Origin: Candidatus Poribacteria bacterium
GTDB lineage: Bacteria; Poribacteria; WGA-4E; WGA-3G
Assembly: GCA_965242965.1 (NCBI GenBank)
Contig: OZ251518.1
Location: 448,001-512,000, forward strand
Direction of reading: 5' to 3'
DNA length: 64,000 bases
Position 1 is the stretch's first letter; every line of letters begins with the position of its first letter. Below, in pieces: positions 1-8,900 of the stretch. Below the pieces are notes generated by a model. That model saw nothing but the letters and a program-made list of their open reading frames with translations, ran no database searches and had not been told where the DNA came from. A program made the translations under genes and the position numbers.

Positions 1-438
1 GCGTAACCGATACATCTGTGGGCCGCCGATATTTTGTTCCCAAGTGCCGTTTTTAACCACGGTATCATAACGCGGAATTTTTCTGGCGCAGGCGAGCAGG
101 AGTGCCATCGCCTGTTCGGAGACTTCGTCAACGCAGTAGGCAGGGACGTTGGTGACAACGATGCCGTGCTGCGTGGCTGCGGCTACGTCAATGTTATCTA
201 ATCCGATGCCGTAGCGGCCGATGATTTGGCATTTTTTCGCGGCGGCGATGACGTTCTCGCGCACCGGTTTCCAACAGGTGAGGATGCCGTCCATCTTCGG
301 TGCGAGCAAGAGGAGCTCTGCTTCGTCTCCGCTCTCAGCGACGATAAGTTCTGCGCCGACGCGGGCGAGGACTTGGCGTTCGGGCTCAACGGAGGGCCAG
401 GCGTAATCGGTGATGAGGATTTTCCACTTGTTTGACAT
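1..438 (-). CDS. D-isomer-specific 2-hydroxyacid dehydrogenase (CtBP/PGDH-like), 5' part; runs off the window
   Basis: Manual translation from ATG at 438: MSNKWKILITDYAWPSVEPERQVL...IIGRYGIGLDNIDVAAATQHGIVVTNVPAYCVDEVSEQAMALLLACARKI. 'RYGIGLDNID' and 'VTNVP' are family motifs. Starts 1 nt after the stop of the upstream oxidase. Confidence 0.85.
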   Translation of the reverse strand, partial: MSNKWKILITDYAWPSVEPERQVLARVGAELIVAESGDEAELLLLAPKMDGILTCWKPVRENVIAAAKKCQIIGRYGIGLDNIDVAAATQHGIVVTNVPAYCVDEVSEQAMALLLACARKIPRYDTVVKNGTWEQNIGGPQMYRLR

Positions 439-439
439 A

Positions 440-1861
440 TTACGGTGCTGCGCGCAGGTCTCGGGAATCTCCTGAATTCGTAATAAAAATTTTGCCGGGG
501 TTCATGATGTTGCCCGGGTCAAGCGCGTTTTTGATGGCGAGCATCAGGTGAACTGCGTCGCCGTGTTCCTTTGCTAATGCTTCGCGTTTGCCGATGCCGA
601 CACCGTGTTCGCCGGTGCAGGTGCCATCCATCTCCAACGCGATATCCACGATGCAGCTGCTGAGGGCTTGCGCTTTTGCTAATTCGTCGTGGTTGTCCGG
701 TTTCAGCGGGAAGACGACGTGGAAATTTCCATCGCCGACGTGCCCGAGGAGTGTGGCTACCATGTCGGATGTCTCCAGCAGTGCTTTCGTTTTGGCGATG
801 CATTCCGCCAATCGGGAAATAGGGACGCATACATCTGTCACGTATCCGACAGAGCCGGGCCGGAGGTTGCACGCGGCGTAGTAACTGTCGTATCGCGCTT
901 GCCAGAGGCGTTTGCGTTCGGTTTCCTCGGTCGCCCACTGAAAATCGGTGCCGCCGTGCTTTAAGGCGAGAGCCCCTGCGGCTTCGGAACTTTCGGCGAC
1001 GGCTTGTGATGAACCGTGGAACTCAAGAAAGAGCGTCGGTGCAACTTTGCAGTTTAATCCAGAGTATTTGTTGACGGCTTCCATCTGCAGTTCGTCTAGC
1101 AATTCGATGCGGGCAAGCGAAATACCGGCTTCGATGAGGCTGATGACTGTGTCCACAGCGGCGGCGACTGTCGTGAAAGCGCAGACAGCGGCGGCGACTG
1201 CTTCCGGCAGCCGAGTCAGTTTCAGCGTTACTTCGGTGATAATGCCGAGTGTGCCTTCCGAACCGATGAAGAGTCGCGTCATATCGTAGCCGGCGGCGGA
1301 TTTTCGCGCTCTGCCGCCTGTGTGTATAATTTTGCCATCGGCGGTGACGACTGTTAAGCCGAGGATGTTATCCTGCATCGTGCCGTATCGGACTGCGCTG
1401 GTGCCGGATGCGCGCGTCGCCGCCATGCCGCCGAGGGAGGCATCGGCACCCGGGTCAACAGGGAAATGCAGTTTCGTCCCGATGTCGGCGAGATGTGTAT
1501 TGAGTCGCAATCGCGTGACACCGGCTTGGACGGTGGCATCCCTGTCGCTTTCGCTGACGTGGAGGATGTTATCCATGTTTTTGAGTGAGACACTCAGCGC
1601 GCCTTGCGTAGAGACAGCGGCACCTTCAACGCCGGTGCCTGTGCCGTAGGGAATAATCGGCATCCTGTGCTTCGCGCAGATTTTGACGATGTCGGCGACT
1701 TCGGCGTTGCTATTCGGGAATGCAACGCCGGCGGGCAGCGCGCCGCGGTGATAGGAGGCATCGCGGGCGTGCGCGTCTCGGATGGCATCGTCAGTGGTAA
1801 AGCGCGCTCCGAGCAGGGAGCTGAGTGCTTGCTGTGCGTGGGTTGTGTCGTGTTGGTTCAT
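440..1861 (-). CDS. FAD-linked oxidase, D-lactate dehydrogenase/GlcD family
   Basis: 473 aa; PYGTGTGVEG, DPGADASLGGM, GSEGTLGIITE, HVGDGNFH, TGEHGVG, LDPGNIMNPGK motifs. Confidence 0.92.
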   Translation of the reverse strand: MNQHDTTHAQQALSSLLGARFTTDDAIRDAHARDASYHRGALPAGVAFPNSNAEVADIVKICAKHRMPIIPYGTGTGVEGAAVSTQGALSVSLKNMDNILHVSESDRDATVQAGVTRLRLNTHLADIGTKLHFPVDPGADASLGGMAATRASGTSAVRYGTMQDNILGLTVVTADGKIIHTGGRARKSAAGYDMTRLFIGSEGTLGIITEVTLKLTRLPEAVAAAVCAFTTVAAAVDTVISLIEAGISLARIELLDELQMEAVNKYSGLNCKVAPTLFLEFHGSSQAVAESSEAAGALALKHGGTDFQWATEETERKRLWQARYDSYYAACNLRPGSVGYVTDVCVPISRLAECIAKTKALLETSDMVATLLGHVGDGNFHVVFPLKPDNHDELAKAQALSSCIVDIALEMDGTCTGEHGVGIGKREALAKEHGDAVHLMLAIKNALDPGNIMNPGKIFITNSGDSRDLRAAP

Positions 1862-1870
1862 AGTGTGAGT

Positions 1871-1899
1871 ATTTTAGCATAATTTGCATTGGAATGCAA
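1871..1899 (-). promoter_or_regulatory. sigma70-type promoter for the oxidase/dehydrogenase pair (near-leaderless)
   Basis: Minus strand TTGCAT, 17 nt, extended -10 TG-c-TAAAAT, 9 nt before the ATG at 1861. Confidence 0.6.
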
Positions 1900-1965
1900 A
1901 GGAAAAAATAGTATTGCATCGAGACGCGGGAGGGCGCGCCGTTTCTTTTTCCGGCGCGCGATACC

Positions 1966-2337
1966 CCGGCGAGGGACAGGCCCTCGCCCTACGATGAGGG
2001 GCATTTTTTACCGTAGCGCGGGGGCCTGTCCCCCGCACGCGTCTCAATTACCGTAGCGCGGGGGCCTGTCCCCCGCGATCTCTACGGTAGACCGCAGCAT
2101 GGCGAGGGACAGGCCCTCGCCCTACGGTAAGGGGAGGCGTTTTTTCACCGTAGCGCGGGGGCCTGTCCCCCGCGATCTCTACGGTAGATCGCAGCATGGC
2201 GAGGGACAGGCCCTCGCCCTACGATGAGGGGCCGTTTTGTGAAGAAGATGGCCCGCCTACCGTAGCGCGGGGGCCTGTCCCCCGCGATCTCTACGCGCGC
2301 GATACCCCGGCGAGGGACAGGCCCTCGCCCTACGGTA
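1966..2337. repeat. Cluster of about 8 GTAG-type REP palindromes (family A), alternating orientation
   Basis: Copies of cgtagcgcgggggcctgtcccccgcg and ggcgagggacaggccctcgccctacg, i.e. a GTAG tetramer abutting a GC hairpin with CCTGT/ACAGG loop. Confidence 0.9.
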
Positions 2338-2338
2338 A

Positions 2339-3922
2339 TCAAGACCGGAACGTAATAAGTGCCGCCACTGCCGCAAAAGCCTCCTCGCGCGTCCGAATTT
2401 CACCATCCAATTGACGCTCCTCAATCTCTGCCAGCAGAAACCCAATTTCCCTTCCCTCTTTTAAGTCAAACCGATGAATCAGGTCTTCGCCCGTGATGAG
2501 TCTTCCCTGCTTCAGGATAGGTAGAAAATGCTGATAGTAGGTATCGACAATCTGCGAGGTCCGCGCATCTGTGATGCCGTGCAGTGCGGACGCGAAAAGC
2601 AGCGCGCCTAACCAATCAGATCCTGTCCGCCGCAAAAAGCGGATTATCTCGCGGCGCGTCAGTTGTTCTGCTGCCAGTAGTCGATGTTCCGACGCGAGGC
2701 ATTTCAGAAATTGCGATGCCTTTCGGCTCAACTTAAGCCGTTTCGCCACATCACCGAGTTCGCCTTGCAGGAGTAGACAGAGTTTAATCAATGAACTGCG
2801 GTTGACTTCCCACTCTAATTCGGTTTCCAGATAGGTGTCGCAGTCTGGCTGCGTGTAGTTCCAGGGATCGCGAGGGACAGGCCCTCGCGCTACGGGCGTG
2901 GCGGCGGGCTTGAGATAGGTGTCGCAGTCTGGCTGCGTGTAGTTCCAGGGATCGCGAGGGACAGGCCCTCGCGCTACGGGCGTGGCGGCGGTATTGAGAT
3001 AGGTATCCCAGTCTGGCTGCGCGGGGTTGGTGGATTCAAATCTGTCTAGTGCGTTCCAGGGATCGCGGGGGACAGGCCCTCGCGCTACGGGCGTGGCGGC
3101 GGACTCTTGAACAGGTTCGCGCGCGCCGGTAGGAGAGACCTCCTGGTCTCGATGCATCCCCGTAGGAGAGACCTCCTGGTCTCGATTTCTTCCGGTAGGA
3201 GAGACCTCCCGGTCTCGATGCCCTCGCGCTACGGGGGTAGGGACAATCTGCGTCAATAATCCTACCTTCCACATTTCTTGCAAATAGGGACTTGCTTTCT
3301 CAACCTTGAGGATTTTCATCAATTCATCGCGAATCCGTTCGGCGGAAACACGAGGCAACAAGGCATGATGTTTTTTGATGAGCGCGAGGGAGTCATGACA
3401 GATTTCAAAGTTGAGTTGCGCCGCGAACCGATAGATACGGATGAGACGAAGCGGGTCTTCGTGGATTACCCGTTCACTCGGAAATCGGAGTTGGCGCGCT
3501 GTTAAATCTGCCATGCCGCCGCCCGGGTCGATTAACCTGGGGACAGGCAAGCGCGCCGACTCCAACATCGCCTCAAGCGGAACCGCCATCGCGTTAATCG
3601 TCAGATCGCGGAGTTGCAAATCATCGTTGAGTGACGCGGCACGAAATTGCGCGAAATCCATACTCACGGTTTGCTTTTTGAAGACAACGCGCGCCGTAGG
3701 AGGCCGCTCATCAAGCCCGACAAAACCCCCACCGACGTGAGCAGCAAACGCTTTCGCAAACGGAATCGCGTCCGTAGCCAACGCGAAGTCCAAATCTGCC
3801 GTGGGACGATTCAGCAGCAGATCGCGGACGCTGCCGCCGACGAGGTAGAGTTCCACACCGCGCGTCTTCGCAAATTTTTGGAGTTGCGCGAGATGAGGGA
3901 TGAGGGTTTCTGGTATCTTCAT
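2339..3922 (-). CDS. Class II tRNA nucleotidyltransferase (CCA/poly(A) polymerase family) with in-frame REP-derived insertion
   Basis: YLVGGSVRDLLL..DLDFA, RDLTINAMA, EDPLRLIRIYRF, VSAERIRDEL and C-terminal LITGEDL...GREIG motifs. The central ~135 aa are REP/tandem-repeat derived. Confidence 0.88.
   Translation of the reverse strand: MKIPETLIPHLAQLQKFAKTRGVELYLVGGSVRDLLLNRPTADLDFALATDAIPFAKAFAAHVGGGFVGLDERPPTARVVFKKQTVSMDFAQFRAASLNDDLQLRDLTINAMAVPLEAMLESARLPVPRLIDPGGGMADLTARQLRFPSERVIHEDPLRLIRIYRFAAQLNFEICHDSLALIKKHHALLPRVSAERIRDELMKILKVEKASPYLQEMWKVGLLTQIVPTPVARGHRDREVSPTGRNRDQEVSPTGMHRDQEVSPTGAREPVQESAATPVARGPVPRDPWNALDRFESTNPAQPDWDTYLNTAATPVARGPVPRDPWNYTQPDCDTYLKPAATPVARGPVPRDPWNYTQPDCDTYLETELEWEVNRSSLIKLCLLLQGELGDVAKRLKLSRKASQFLKCLASEHRLLAAEQLTRREIIRFLRRTGSDWLGALLFASALHGITDARTSQIVDTYYQHFLPILKQGRLITGEDLIHRFDLKEGREIGFLLAEIEERQLDGEIRTREEAFAAVAALITFRS
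2830..3236 (-). repeat. Intragenic REP copies and 84-bp tandem repeats in the nucleotidyltransferase
   Basis: 84-bp period (ataggt at 2831, 2915, 2999) encoding AATPVARGPVPRDPWNYTQPDCDTYL. Three 33-bp-spaced gtaggagagacctcc(t/c)ggtctcgat copies at 3128-3220 encode RD(Q/R)EVSPTG. Confidence 0.93.
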
Positions 3923-4548
3923 TTGCCAGCCTGTGCTTTTCGTCCCCGTGCTTTTTGTCGTTGCGCCTTGCGCGATTGGAACAGGATACCGTCCAGATGC
4001 AGATGCGTCGCATAACCGATGAAACTCGCCACGTAGAACGGCAGCCAGTTTGGGAACGCATCCGGGATCGCGGTATTGAGGAGCAATCCGATGAATTCAA
4101 GCGGTTCTTCCCAGCCCGCGCCCCATTCGGGATATGTAACGTAAATCGGGATGACCAGGAAGAGGCACGGTAACAGGAACATCGTAACTTTGGAATGCGT
4201 CCATCCGCGGTGCTTGCTGATAATCGGCAGCATCGCGAAGAGTCCTAGCAGTGCGGATTCCAGATACATCCCGAAAACGAGGAGAGCGGCGTTCAATGCG
4301 AATAACACCCGATAGAAGAGTTTCTGGCTCTTGCTTTTGATGTCCACATCCGGCCACAATCCGAACAGCACCGCGATGGCGAAGCATCCGGCGATTTTCA
4401 ACGGCTGCACTGGTGATGGAATGGTTGGATTCCATGCCAGCGGTAATTCAGTAAGGAGTGAAACGGCGAGGGTTGCTACAAGAGAGATGACGAAAAAGGT
4501 GGTGTAGGTAATTATCCCGCCGATCCAGTGTTCACGAAACATGCTCAT
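3919..4548 (-). CDS. Inner-membrane metal-dependent hydrolase (YdjM-like)
   Basis: Hydrophobic protein with H, PDVD, HRGWTHS and HLHLD motifs. Start placed at ATG 4548 (ORF track extends to 4584) because the promoter lies over the extension. Confidence 0.8.
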   Translation of the reverse strand: MSMFREHWIGGIITYTTFFVISLVATLAVSLLTELPLAWNPTIPSPVQPLKIAGCFAIAVLFGLWPDVDIKSKSQKLFYRVLFALNAALLVFGMYLESALLGLFAMLPIISKHRGWTHSKVTMFLLPCLFLVIPIYVTYPEWGAGWEEPLEFIGLLLNTAIPDAFPNWLPFYVASFIGYATHLHLDGILFQSRKAQRQKARGRKAQAGK

Positions 4549-4555
4549 AGGAGAT

Positions 4556-4584
4556 AGTCTATCATAATTTTTGAAAAATTGCAA
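4556..4584 (-). promoter_or_regulatory. sigma70-type promoter, leaderless transcript likely
   Basis: Minus strand TTGCAA, 17 nt, TG-a-TAGACT, 7 nt before ATG 4548. Confidence 0.6.
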
Positions 4585-4605
4585 TACCTATAAGCGGTGC
4601 TTGAT

Positions 4606-5228
4606 TACCGTAGGGCGGGGGCCTGTCTCTCGCCGTGTCTGTATTGCGGGGTCGGAGCAGACTCCCGATTCCCGTAGGGCGGGGGCCTGTCCCCCGCCAT
4701 GCCCGGGATAATCGAGCACTCGCGAGGGACAGGCCCTCGCGCTACGGTGAGCGGGAAAACGCTACGGGGATCGAGAGATCGCGAGGGACAGGCCCTCGCG
4801 CTACGGTTATTCGGAGCGGGCTCCTCATTAACCGTAGGGCGGGGGCCTGTCCCCCGCCGTGCCCGTGTCGCGATGAAAGTTCGCGAGGGACAGGCCCTCG
4901 CGCTACGGTGAGCGGGAAAACGCTACGGGGATCGAGAGATCGCGAGGGACAGGCCCTCGCGCTACGGTTGTCGGAGCAGGCTCCTCTTATCGTAGGGCGG
5001 GGGCCTGTCCCCCGCCGTGCCTGTGTTGCGCGGAACGTTCGCGAGGGACAGGCCCTCGCGCTACGATAAAACGGGGCGTTTTGTGTTCCACCGAGCGTTC
5101 GCGAGGGACAGGCCCTCGCGCTACGGTTGTCGGAGCGGGCTCCTCATTAACCGTAGGGCGGGGGCCTGTCCCCCGCCGTGCCCGTGGTAGGCGAGAAATC
5201 GCGAGGGACAGGCCCTCGCCCTACGGTT
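4606..5228. repeat. BIME-like array of about 12 family-A REPs with a 161-bp higher-order duplication
   Basis: Repeated cgtagggcgggggcctgtcccccgcc and tcgcgagggacaggccctcgcgctacg. The block starting at 4721 recurs at 4882 including the spacer gagcgggaaaacgctacggggatcgagaga. Confidence 0.9.
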
Positions 5229-5294
5229 AAATCAAGTTTTTTCACAAAAATCTTAACAAAAAACGCGGAAATCTGCTTAAAATCACATTTTAAT

Positions 5295-5323
5295 TTGACA
5301 AACGCGCAAAAATGTGGTATACT
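5295..5323 (+). promoter_or_regulatory. Strong sigma70-type promoter upstream of the surface-protein gene
   Basis: TTGACA, 17 nt, TG-g-TATACT in an AT-rich context. Confidence 0.75.
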
Positions 5324-5790
5324 ATATACTATATAGTAAAAATTGCCATGTTTAGTGCGAAAACGAACAAAGGATGCCAGACGTGAACTCTCAACCCGTT
5401 TTTCTCATTGCGGATACCCACATCCGCCCGAATAACGCGATTGCAACGACGTGCCAGCCACCCCGGCTGCGCGCCGTGTCTCCATTTGCGCGTCCAGTTG
5501 ATGACACCGCACTAAACATAAGTTCGATTTACCCCCCCCCGTCCTAAATGCCCGTTAACCTTTGACGTTATCGGCAGGAAGGCGGTTCAAGGGGATGTCT
5601 CTCATCTGAATCCCAACCCAAAATCCGCGTGCTTTGCACGCGCCTATGTTCTTTTGCCTCGTGGCACGCGCTCGCCTTCGCGAGTCCGCGCCTGCCACGG
5701 GGCTTTTCGCGTTGCATCGCCCGATGCAGCACCGATGTCTACCAGCGTTGTTCCGGGGAAAATTCACTCCCCACTTTGGGTATTAAGGGG

Positions 5791-5831
5791 CAGGATAACC
5801 GTGGGCACCCGCCCACGGTTATCTTGTTTTC
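5791..5831 (+). terminator. Intrinsic terminator-like hairpin inside the 5' leader (possible attenuator)
   Basis: 16-bp stem caggataaccgtgggc/gcccacggttatcttg (one G-U), 4-nt loop, followed by TTTT; about 80 nt before the ATG at 5912. Confidence 0.5.
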
Positions 5832-5911
5832 TCCGAGACACGCGCGCCTTTCGCCTACCGAGGCGGGAGTCCCCTATTCATTTCATTTCTATAACTCTTG
5901 GAGGCATTTGA

Positions 5912-8900
5912 ATGACAAGCAAATCGCTTTTTTCCTTAAGTTTACTGCTGCTTGCCACCCTAGCGGTTTCCCTCGGAACAGGGACGGAAGCGCAGGCACA
6001 AACTTACACAATTAACGCCGTTAGAATTTATGTGAACCCTGACATGGTAGACCCTAGTGAGGATGGCATGCCCGTTGAGTTTGCCGACGCGCGGACGAGT
6101 CCCATTGGCGGCAAACTGCCGAAGGTTGCCAATTCCTCTGTCGGGACGTTGAGCACCGAGGGAGGTGGTGTTGAAATCACCGCAACAAACGCGCACGATA
6201 GCACAACTCCCTATACCGCGAACGCGGGAGACATCATCGCCATTGCCTTTCAGGTAACCGCGACAGGGGGTTCGGTCCTTCACGGCTCAGTCATCTCTCT
6301 CGCTGGTTGGGAGACGGGCGGCCCACGGGGGATGGTTGGCGTATATACAAAACCCCTGTACCCGAGCCGCTTGATAGAAGGAAGTGGCGGTTCGGCTGTG
6401 ACTGTCCCCTCGCCCTACAACTTTACCGTGGTATACGCCTACCCGGTGAGGTCTGACGACATGGACGCGGATGGCGATTGGCTGTTCCATCGTTCTGGTA
6501 ACAGGCCTTTCCACCGCTGGACTGGAGCGTTAAACGCGACTTATTCCGCCCCTATCACTGTCCGCTATCCCAGGATAGATGGTAGCGTTTCGACGATTCC
6601 GACGGTGACGCGCCTGACGATAAACAGGCCGCCCGCCGGGCAGTCAGGACGCTCCCGCTATTACAAAGTCCGCCAAGAGTGTTTGGATCATCAACGAAAA
6701 TACGCGGCTGTCTACACGAATGCTTGTGAATTAGTGCAGGACCACGGCTGGGCTCTTCCCAACGATCCGACTCATCCGGTAACGCTGGCCAATAGCCTGC
6801 CGACTGCCTTTTTCAAAGCCGGCGACACGATAGAATTTCAGTTGCAGTTTAGCGAAGAGGTGATTGTGACAGGGGCTCCAATCCTAGAGCTCATGCTTGA
6901 TGGGGGCACCGGACGGATGCACTACGTACCCGCCGGGAGTGGAGCAACGACACTTACCTTCCGATACACAGTGCAACAAGGCGATACGGCTTTCGGTGGC
7001 ATCGCGGCTTGGAATGCCTGGGGTAACATCAGGGATGGCAATAGCATCGAAGATATATCAGGGCATAAAGTTAATAGCGTTACCCGGGACGTTGAATCGG
7101 CGATTCGGGCATTTTTTGCCGGTCAAGAGGGCATCAGGGCGGAGGAGGCTCATCCCTGGTTAGACCCGCCAGGTGCCCACTGGAAAAAGTATGCCACCGG
7201 TATCGCTGAATACCTTGTGGATACTGTCCCGCCGACGGTGTGGATTCCCGGCTTGATAAAGAATGGGGAGACACACACCGACGATAGACGGAATACGTTT
7301 GTGAGTGTGGAACCGACTTATCTTGCTGTCCCTACATTTACGGAGGCAGATCTCCGAGCGGTTGTTACGGAAAGTGAATCACAGACAGATGCCTTTGATG
7401 TGGAATTCCGCTTTTTTAATTGGGACGGTGGGGCACTAGCCGACGAAGTGGGGATTAGTTTTACCGGCGATGATGTGGAGATCACGGGGGCGAATGTGGA
7501 GCGAGCCGATTGGGCAGTTGAAACTACCTATATCGGATTAGACCATCGTGCTACCAATCAGTGGCCGCCTACCGACAGAGCGGGGCAGCCAGCGGGTTCA
7601 GCCCATAAGCCAGGGCATGCCAAGAACTCCGCGTCGTTCCTCGTCTACAAGGCGACAATTCGTCCGGCCCTGGGTTTTCAGGGCAACGTGTCCATCAGTT
7701 TGCCGGCGGGTGCTACTCAAGATATCGCCGGCAACGACAGTTATGCCTCAAATACGTTGACAGTGCCCGTGAACAATCCATTGCGCGTGGTGGAAAAGCC
7801 GGAGATTGTCGTGCCTCCCGCCGGTGTCCATACTGCCGGGGATAAGATTGAAGTGGAAGTGACGTATGACAAGGAGAATCTCCGCTATGAAGGCGAGAAC
7901 CCGCCGTATGTGACGCTTTATCTCGGCGAAGAAGTGCCGGCAAATGCAAGGCATGCAACATGGCAACGCGCCGAAGACGCAAATTCCACGAAAGTGACGT
8001 TTGCGTATACGGTGGCAGCAACGGACACGGTGGCAGAGGCAGTGCGTGTCCCTTCCGTCAAGATAATGGTTCCTGAAGAGACGAGTTTGCTTTCTGGTTC
8101 CCTCGGTGCGTCGGCTGAGCGGCAGTCTGGAACAGAGGAGCGTGCGGCGGCATCTGGTGCTGCGCCAACAACGGTGCCGACGGTAGAGCCGTCGCCGTTG
8201 GAAGATACGTCTGGACGTGAGATTGCCCCGGTAGTTTCGGAGACACCGGTGGTGCCGGTGATTTACCTTCCGGAAACGTCAGATCCGAAGGCGGTTGCAT
8301 CGGCTGTGCCTCGCAAGCCCATCGTTTTCAACGAACTCGGCAACGGCAGCGGCGATGCTGATGACTGGCTGGAACTTCGCAATGTCACCGGTGATGCAGT
8401 CTCGTTAAAAGACTGGGAGCTCAGCATCGTGCAGGATGGCAAGAAGGAAGATACCTCCCTGATTGCTTTTGTAGAAGATGTGAGTGTGCCGGCGAATGGG
8501 CTGTTGTTGCTCGTGAATACGTCACCGGACAAAACGTCTCTCGCCGGTGGGGATAACGTGGAGACTGCCGAGGTCGAGACAAAAGGTTCTTCGCACCAGT
8601 ATCTTGTCAAATCGGAGTTGTCCCTACCAGATGATGGCAAGTTCCTCTTGATTCTCCGGAACGCGAAGGATAAACGCGGCTTGAACGAGGCGTTCGTGGA
8701 TGTCGCCGGTGGCGGCGGCAGTGACACGGATGCGTTTGTCCGCGAGCAGACAGGCGATTATGATACGCATGTCTGGCCCTTGCAAGTGTTGCAGGCACCG
8801 GGTGGTGACACTGAAGATGCCCTCGGCTCAGGCAAAGTCTGGCAGCGCGCCAAGGCGGACATTGTGGGATACCACAAAGATGCCTGGGCAGAATCGGCGT

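Noticed and set aside
2145-2445. Short ORFs reading VGRGPVPR/GGQAPALR (also 4635-5069, 10084-10491, 15333-15695, 21549-21853, 26794-27015)
   Set aside because: These are translations of intergenic REP/MITE DNA with no SD or domain content.
4606-5228. REP array resembling a CRISPR array
   Set aside because: Repeats occur in both orientations, spacers are irregular and themselves duplicated, no cas genes or leader are present, and identical units are scattered across the window.
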